DNA from: Paraspadella gotoi
Lineage: Eukaryota; Animalia; Chaetognatha
Direction of reading: 5' to 3'
Assembly (NCBI GenBank): GCA_051294375.1
Contig: JBJCIZ010000239.1
Coordinates: forward strand, 4,262,576-4,282,444
DNA: 19,869 nt
Shown one piece after another: positions 1-19,869 of the stretch (position 1 is its first letter; every line of letters begins with the position of its first letter). The notes below the pieces were generated by a model. That model did not search any database. It had not been told where the DNA came from and saw nothing but the letters and a program-made list of their open reading frames with translations. Both the position numbers and the translations under genes were made by a program.

Positions 1-789
1 TTATTGTTTTGCTTGTTTTGTTTTTTATTAGTTTGTTTTTGATATCCGATTTTTGAGGGTTTTTTTTTTAATTGTTTGTTTTGATTTTTGATTTTTACTT
101 TTTGTATTTTGTCGTTCAGTTGTTTTGTTTTGATATTTTGGATTTTGTTTTGATTGTTTTCTTATTTTTTTTATCTTTGCTGTTTCTTTTCGAAAGAAAG
201 AAGGTAAATAATAAAGAATTAGCAAATTTAGCATTATAACCTTCATCTCCTATAATTTCCGAAGTTTTTCATTTCTTTTTTCTTTCGTTTTGTCTTTCTC
301 GTTTTCTTTCTTTCCTCCCGCTTTTCTGTCTCGTTCCCAGAGCCAATTAAAGAAAGGTTTCTCTCTCTCTCTCTCTCTNNNNNNNNNNNNNNNNNNNNNN
401 NNNNNNNNNNNNNNNNNNNNNNNNNNNNNNNNNNNNNNNNNNNNNNNNNNNNNNNNNNNNNNNNNNNNNNNNNNNNNNNNNNNNNNNNNNNNNNNNNNNN
501 NNNNNNNNNNNNNNNNNNNNNNNNNNNNNNNNNNNNNNNNNNNNNNNNNNNNNNNNNNNNNNNNNNNNNNNNNNNNNNNNNNNNNNNNNNNNNNNNNNNN
601 NNNNNNNNNNNNNNNNNNNNNNNNNACCGCCGAAAAAAAGCTTCTTTTTTTTTCCTTTTTTTTTCTTTCCGATTCTTCTTAAAGTTGGACCCTTTATTCT
701 CTTCTGCGCTTTCAGTTTTTTTCACTACCTTCATTGCAAAAAGCCCAGTCATCCTACAAGCGTAACACCTTAGCGCCACCATAAGGTAC

Positions 790-878
790 CCGGAACGATC
801 TCCAATTGTACCTACCCTGCGGGAAGCGTGAGGACGGCCGTCAACCGCCTTGGGGGCGTCGAAAAACCCTCAAGCCTG
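790..878 (+). repeat. GC-rich dispersed repeat, copy 1
   Basis: Aligns with the reverse complement of 4742-4824 (ccggaa..., ctaccctg.gggaa..gtgaggacgg.cgt.aaccgccttgggg...ccctcaagcctg). Confidence 0.8.
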
Positions 879-1089
879 CTCCCATTGTTGTCAAGGTAGT
901 CTGCTTCCAACTTCGCGCCGCATCGGAACTATTTTCATCGTTCTCCCACGAAAATCGCCATAAATTGCCATGAATTGCCATAAATTGAGACTCCCGGTCG
1001 CTTTACCTTAAATGTACGGCCCATTAGTTCGTCGTCGCCGGCTTCGGTTGGCCTTCTATCTTTCCTCCATAAATAGTTTTGACAGGATA

Positions 1090-1250
1090 AAGTGTGAATA
1101 AAGTGCGAATAGCCCTCACACTTATTGTGCCCAGTGGGTTTGGAAGATCCTGCGGCAGCCTTGCTTCCGGTGGTTTTACCGGCCCGTCACTCTTTTTGCA
1201 AAGACTGTTCCGACCAGGGCTCGAACCCGGGACCATTGGTTTCGGAGATG
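1090..1250 (-). mobile_element. Possible second tRNA-SINE fragment
   Basis: T-arm/B-box GTCCCGGGTTCGAGCCCTGG at 1233-1214 resembles the 3785-3767 copy, with a weakly shared CCGCAGG..TC.TCC downstream; A box not found. Could instead be a terminal exon (ctaac...tttcatcag acceptor near 1254). Confidence 0.3.
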
Positions 1251-1357
1251 AAGCTGATGAAAGGAACAGCGGCATCCAACGGGTTAGTGATATCACGTCA
1301 ATACGATGATAGAATTTCGCAAATTGAAGTCGCCCTCGATTGTCGTTCGAGAGTTTA

Positions 1358-1385
1358 GAAACAGAAACGGGGCGCTTTTGAAAAA
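1358..1385 (+). repeat. Degenerate end of the same MITE family
   Basis: gaaacagaaacggggcgcttttgaaaa resembles 3332-3359. Confidence 0.5.
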
Positions 1386-1453
1386 TTGTGCTTTTGAAAA
1401 TAGTCTCGATAGTCCCCATTAGTTTGGACGTGGGGATACTGAACTGATACTGA

Positions 1454-1500
1454 ACCAGTCTCTCTGGAGGCGTGGGTTTCGAATCTCACAACTGCCACCA
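1454..1500 (+). pseudogene. 3' half of tRNA-Leu (AAG/TAG type) with terminal CCA
   Basis: ACCAGTCTCTCTGGAGGCGTGGGTTTCGAATCTCACAACTGCCA-CCA aligns to the recalled animal tRNA-Leu 3' half (CCAGTCTCTTCGGAGGCGTGGGTTCGAATCCCACCGCTGCCA); the 5' half is absent. Confidence 0.75.
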
Positions 1501-2691
1501 CATTCAAGTAAGTAGACAGAGATTTCAACGTGAAACCAAAAGTGGNNNNNNNNNNNNNNNNNNNNNNNNNNNNNNNNNNNNNNNNNNNNNNNNNNNNNNN
1601 NNNNNNNNNNNNNNNNNNNNNNNNNNNNNNNNNNNNNNNNNNNNNNNNNNNNNNNNNNNNNNNNNNNNNNNNNNNNNNNNNNNNNNNNNNNNNNNNNNNN
1701 NNNNNNNNNNNNNNNNNNNNNNNNNNNNNNNNNNAAGAACGGTGTGAGAATTCGAGACAGAATGAATCGATACAAAAACGATCAGTAATTGATAGAGTTC
1801 AATCGGATCATCGAAAACGGGTTCATTTTCCCGATGGCAAGAAGCCCTTCTTCTCATTGGTCCGTTCCGATGGTGATTCGTCCAATGAGAGAATGCTCGG
1901 CGAATTCGCGGATTTCATCTTTGGTTCCGATTCCACCTCCGATGATCGCATCGCAGATGGAATTGGAACCAAAAAATGAAAATCTTCCTGTCTTCTCTTA
2001 AACTTAATAATTATCGTATCAAATTTGGTTCAGCGATTCGGTCGGAACCGAATCTCGGTCGGGAAAAAAAACGGGGAAAGCATTTTCTATATAGCTTCAC
2101 CTAAACCAACAGAGCCTGTCCGAAGCCAGGGGCAAGATAGGTTATTCATTTAAATGAATGGATTATTTTTTTTTAATATTGGTTGTAGTTGTACCAATGT
2201 CACAAAGACTAATGTAATTCTTTTTCGAATCTCTCCTTCCCTTCGCGAGCAATTAAGAAACGGGAGATTATTAGAATATATATATATTTTTTTAAAACGT
2301 AATAAATTAACAATGCGAGAGGAACGAAATGAATTTTCGTGCGTAAATTAATTTCATCGGAAGCTAAAATAGAATTCACATGGTGGTTTTGATTATTAAT
2401 ATTATGATAGATGAATGATATTTAATCGAAATAATGATTAATGATTGTGCAGCTAGTTTCGAACGATAAAAAAAATATAGGTTCTCGTTCTCTCTTTCTC
2501 ACTCTCTCTCCTCACTCCCCCCTCTCTCCAGTCACCTCCCTCTCTATCTCCCTCTTCAACTCCAACGCCTCCCTTCGTCTCTCTCTCCCCTCCCCTCCCT
2601 TCCTCCCGTCTCCCTCTCTTTCCTCCCGTCTCCCTCTCTCCTCACTCCTCCTTTTTCCCTCCCCTTCTTCCTCTGATCGACAAATTCTTAC

Positions 2692-17603
<14,912 letters not shown>

Positions 17604-17994
17604 CTACAAAATAGCTTTAGACTTCTTGGAACCGTTTACCGGTTTTCCTTTTTTTTTTCAAACTCTTTCACATGTCCATCATCTTTGCCATTATCATTGT
17701 CGATGATCCGTTTGTACTGTATAAATACCTGCCATTTCTGTATCGAGCCATCTGTCTCAAATTCTGATACCGTCTTTGCTTGTCCTATTTTTTAAAGAAT
17801 AAAATCCCCTTTGGTTTCGTTTTGAAATCTGTCTACTAACTTGAATGGGCTCGAGACTTTCTAAATTCCTGCTCTAAAATCTTTCTGGCCCTCATCCAAA
17901 AAAAAAAAAATAATAATTTTCCTTTTAAAAAAAAAAGAAGTATTTTTCCCCAAATTCGAATTATTATCACTATCTGATGGAAGGCAAGTTGTTC

Positions 17995-18250
17995 AATGCC
18001 AAGAGAGTAAGGCCAGGAAGAAGTGTTTGAAGTTCGGCAGGATAAGGCCATGAAATTCAAGCCAAGATTTAGGCCTGAAGTGATAAGGCCAAGAGATTGA
18101 AGCCTGGAGGAATAAGGCCAAAAGATTAAGGACTTGAGGCCAGGAGAATTGAGAACAAGATATTATGGCAAAGAGATTCAGGTCTAAAAGAATAAGGCCA
18201 TGGTATTATGGCTAGGAGAAATAAGGCCAAAAGATTTAGGCCAGAAGTGA
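17995..18250. repeat. Degenerate ~29-bp tandem repeat
   Basis: Recurring ataaggcca.aagatt.a.g.ct motif near 18042, 18083, 18112, 18192 and 18221. Confidence 0.7.
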
Positions 18251-19139
18251 TCTTTCAAGTATTAACTAATATGATTTAGTATTAAATAAATTATGCCGCA
18301 TATAATTTTTGGTCCTTGTGATCACAAGACGGTACATTGTACAATGTACAGTGTACATTATAGAGCGAAGTGAAAGTAACATACGAAAATTCTAAATGTC
18401 AATTATGAACAACATACCATCAGTGAACATTAATTTGTAATAAAAATTAATTTTATTTTCTTATATTTTTGCAGTATACTATATATATATGAAATTGGTA
18501 CAACCAATATAAAAATNNNNNNNNNNNNNNNNNNNNNNNNNNNNNNNNNNNNNNNNNNNNNNNNNNNNNNNNNNNNNNNNNNNNNNNNNNNNNNNNNNNN
18601 NNNNNNNNNNNNNNNNNNNNNNNNNNNNNNNNNNNNNNNNNNNNNNNNNNNNNNNNNNNNNNNNNNNNNNNNNNNNNNNNNNNNNNNNNNNNNNNNNNNN
18701 NNNNNNNNNNNNNNNNNNNNNNNNNNNNNNNNNNNNNNNNNNNNNNNNNNNNNNNNNNNNNNNNNNNNNNNNNNNNNNNNNNNNNNNNNNNNNNNNNNNN
18801 NNNNNNNNNNNNNNNNNNNNNNNNNNNNNNNNNNNNNNNNNNNNNNNNNNNNNNNNNNNNNNNNNNNNNNNNNNNNNNNNNNNNNNNNNNNNNNNNNNNN
18901 NNNNNNNNNNNNNNNNNNNNNNNNNNNNNNNNNNNNNNNNNNNNNNNNNNNNNNNNNNNNNNNNNNNNNNNNNNNNNNNNNNNNNNNNNNNNNNNNNNNN
19001 NNNNNNNNNNNNNNNNNNNNNNNNNNNNNNNNNNNNNNNNNNNNNNNNNNNNNNNNNNNNNNNNATGACATAGCAGGTCCCTGCAAGTTTTCAATCAAGA
19101 CTCTAATACTATCCTAATACTCTAATACTATCCTTATAA

Positions 19140-19565
19140 AATCGATTTGAATTCCTCGTCAAAAGTTGATAAAAGAAAATATAAATCATTTTTAAAAATT
19201 CTTTCATTAATTGGGTTAAAAATTCAAAAAACTATATTTGATATATAAAAAGTTAATTTTCAGCTTAAAATATAGCTTTTTCTAATTTTTGACCCACTTA
19301 ATGAAGGAATTTTTTAAAAAGAGTTATATTTCTTTATATCAACTTTTCATGACGAATCCAAATGTGAAAAAAAAATGTTACAAAAAACTATTTTGAAATT
19401 TTACCATTTATTGGATCAGTACTAGTATAAATATGGCCTACTGCGTAAATTGTAAAATTTATTATAAAATTTTTATTATACATAAATGTTCATTAGTATA
19501 CTGTTGTTTGTTTCTCACTTTTAGAATTTTAATTAAAGTTAAATTTAGAATTTTTACTACGCTTC
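19140..19565 (+). repeat. AT-rich interspersed repeat of the same family
   Basis: Matches 4848-5280 and 5640-5700 inverted, and 13556-13675 direct. Confidence 0.75.
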
Positions 19566-19869
19566 ACTGTACAAAGGTCTTATGGTACCATACCTTCTTA
19601 CCTCGAATAAACCTTAATGATGCATGTTATGAACTTTTAAAGCGTCAGTTAGACTGACCTACGGACAGACATACCAACCGACCGACCGACCGAGTATTGG
19701 AGTATTCGAGGCGAAAAGAAAGAAAAAAAGAACGAAAGAAGAAAGAAAGTCGTCAAGAAACAAAAAAAAGAAAGAAAGAAAGAAAAAAAGATAGAAAAAG
19801 AAAAATTAGGAGTACTGTGTGGGTGACTCTTCCCCTTTTGAGCCATGACAAATGATTTAAAAACAGAAC

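Noticed and set aside
28-782. Lys/Arg-rich and N-spanning ORFs
   Set aside because: Low-complexity T-rich DNA and gap read-through.
826-866. Hammerhead ribozyme (TGAGGA...GAAA)
   Set aside because: Core C3 is G in both copies, and stems II and III do not close properly.
1024-2090. Terminal exon of the gene (candidates near 1254, 1830-1980 and 2054)
   Set aside because: Several weak options and an intervening gap; none can be chosen from sequence alone.

Overview
AT-rich, microsatellite-laden eukaryotic scaffold with five N gaps, probably from an invertebrate animal. Most ORFs in the supplied track are artefacts of simple repeats. Reading GC-rich islands on the minus strand against GT/AG boundaries gives one multi-exon gene spanning about 17600 down to at least 2692, with the true 5' and 3' ends unresolved. 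The product is a single-pass membrane protein: Ser/Pro-rich mucin-like stalk, a SEA-like juxtamembrane domain with polybasic furin-type sites, a clear TM helix followed by CC and RRRR, and a long low-complexity cytoplasmic tail containing ARDTMHEMLDQVL. This resembles the KIAA1549/UPF0606 family (from recalled motifs, not a search). Introns hold a decayed antisense LINE, tRNA-derived SINE pieces, MITE-like repeats and minisatellites. The most notable pattern is that three interruptions of the coding sequence appear to be built from repeats: a 414-bp TIR element whose precise removal fuses two ORFs in frame, a 33/39-bp array that amplifies an exon end with its splice donor, and a near-all-purine 12-bp array inside the SEA-like domain. 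A tRNA-Leu 3' half carrying CCA lies at 1454-1500. All splice models are inferred without RNA evidence, and one phase conflict remains.
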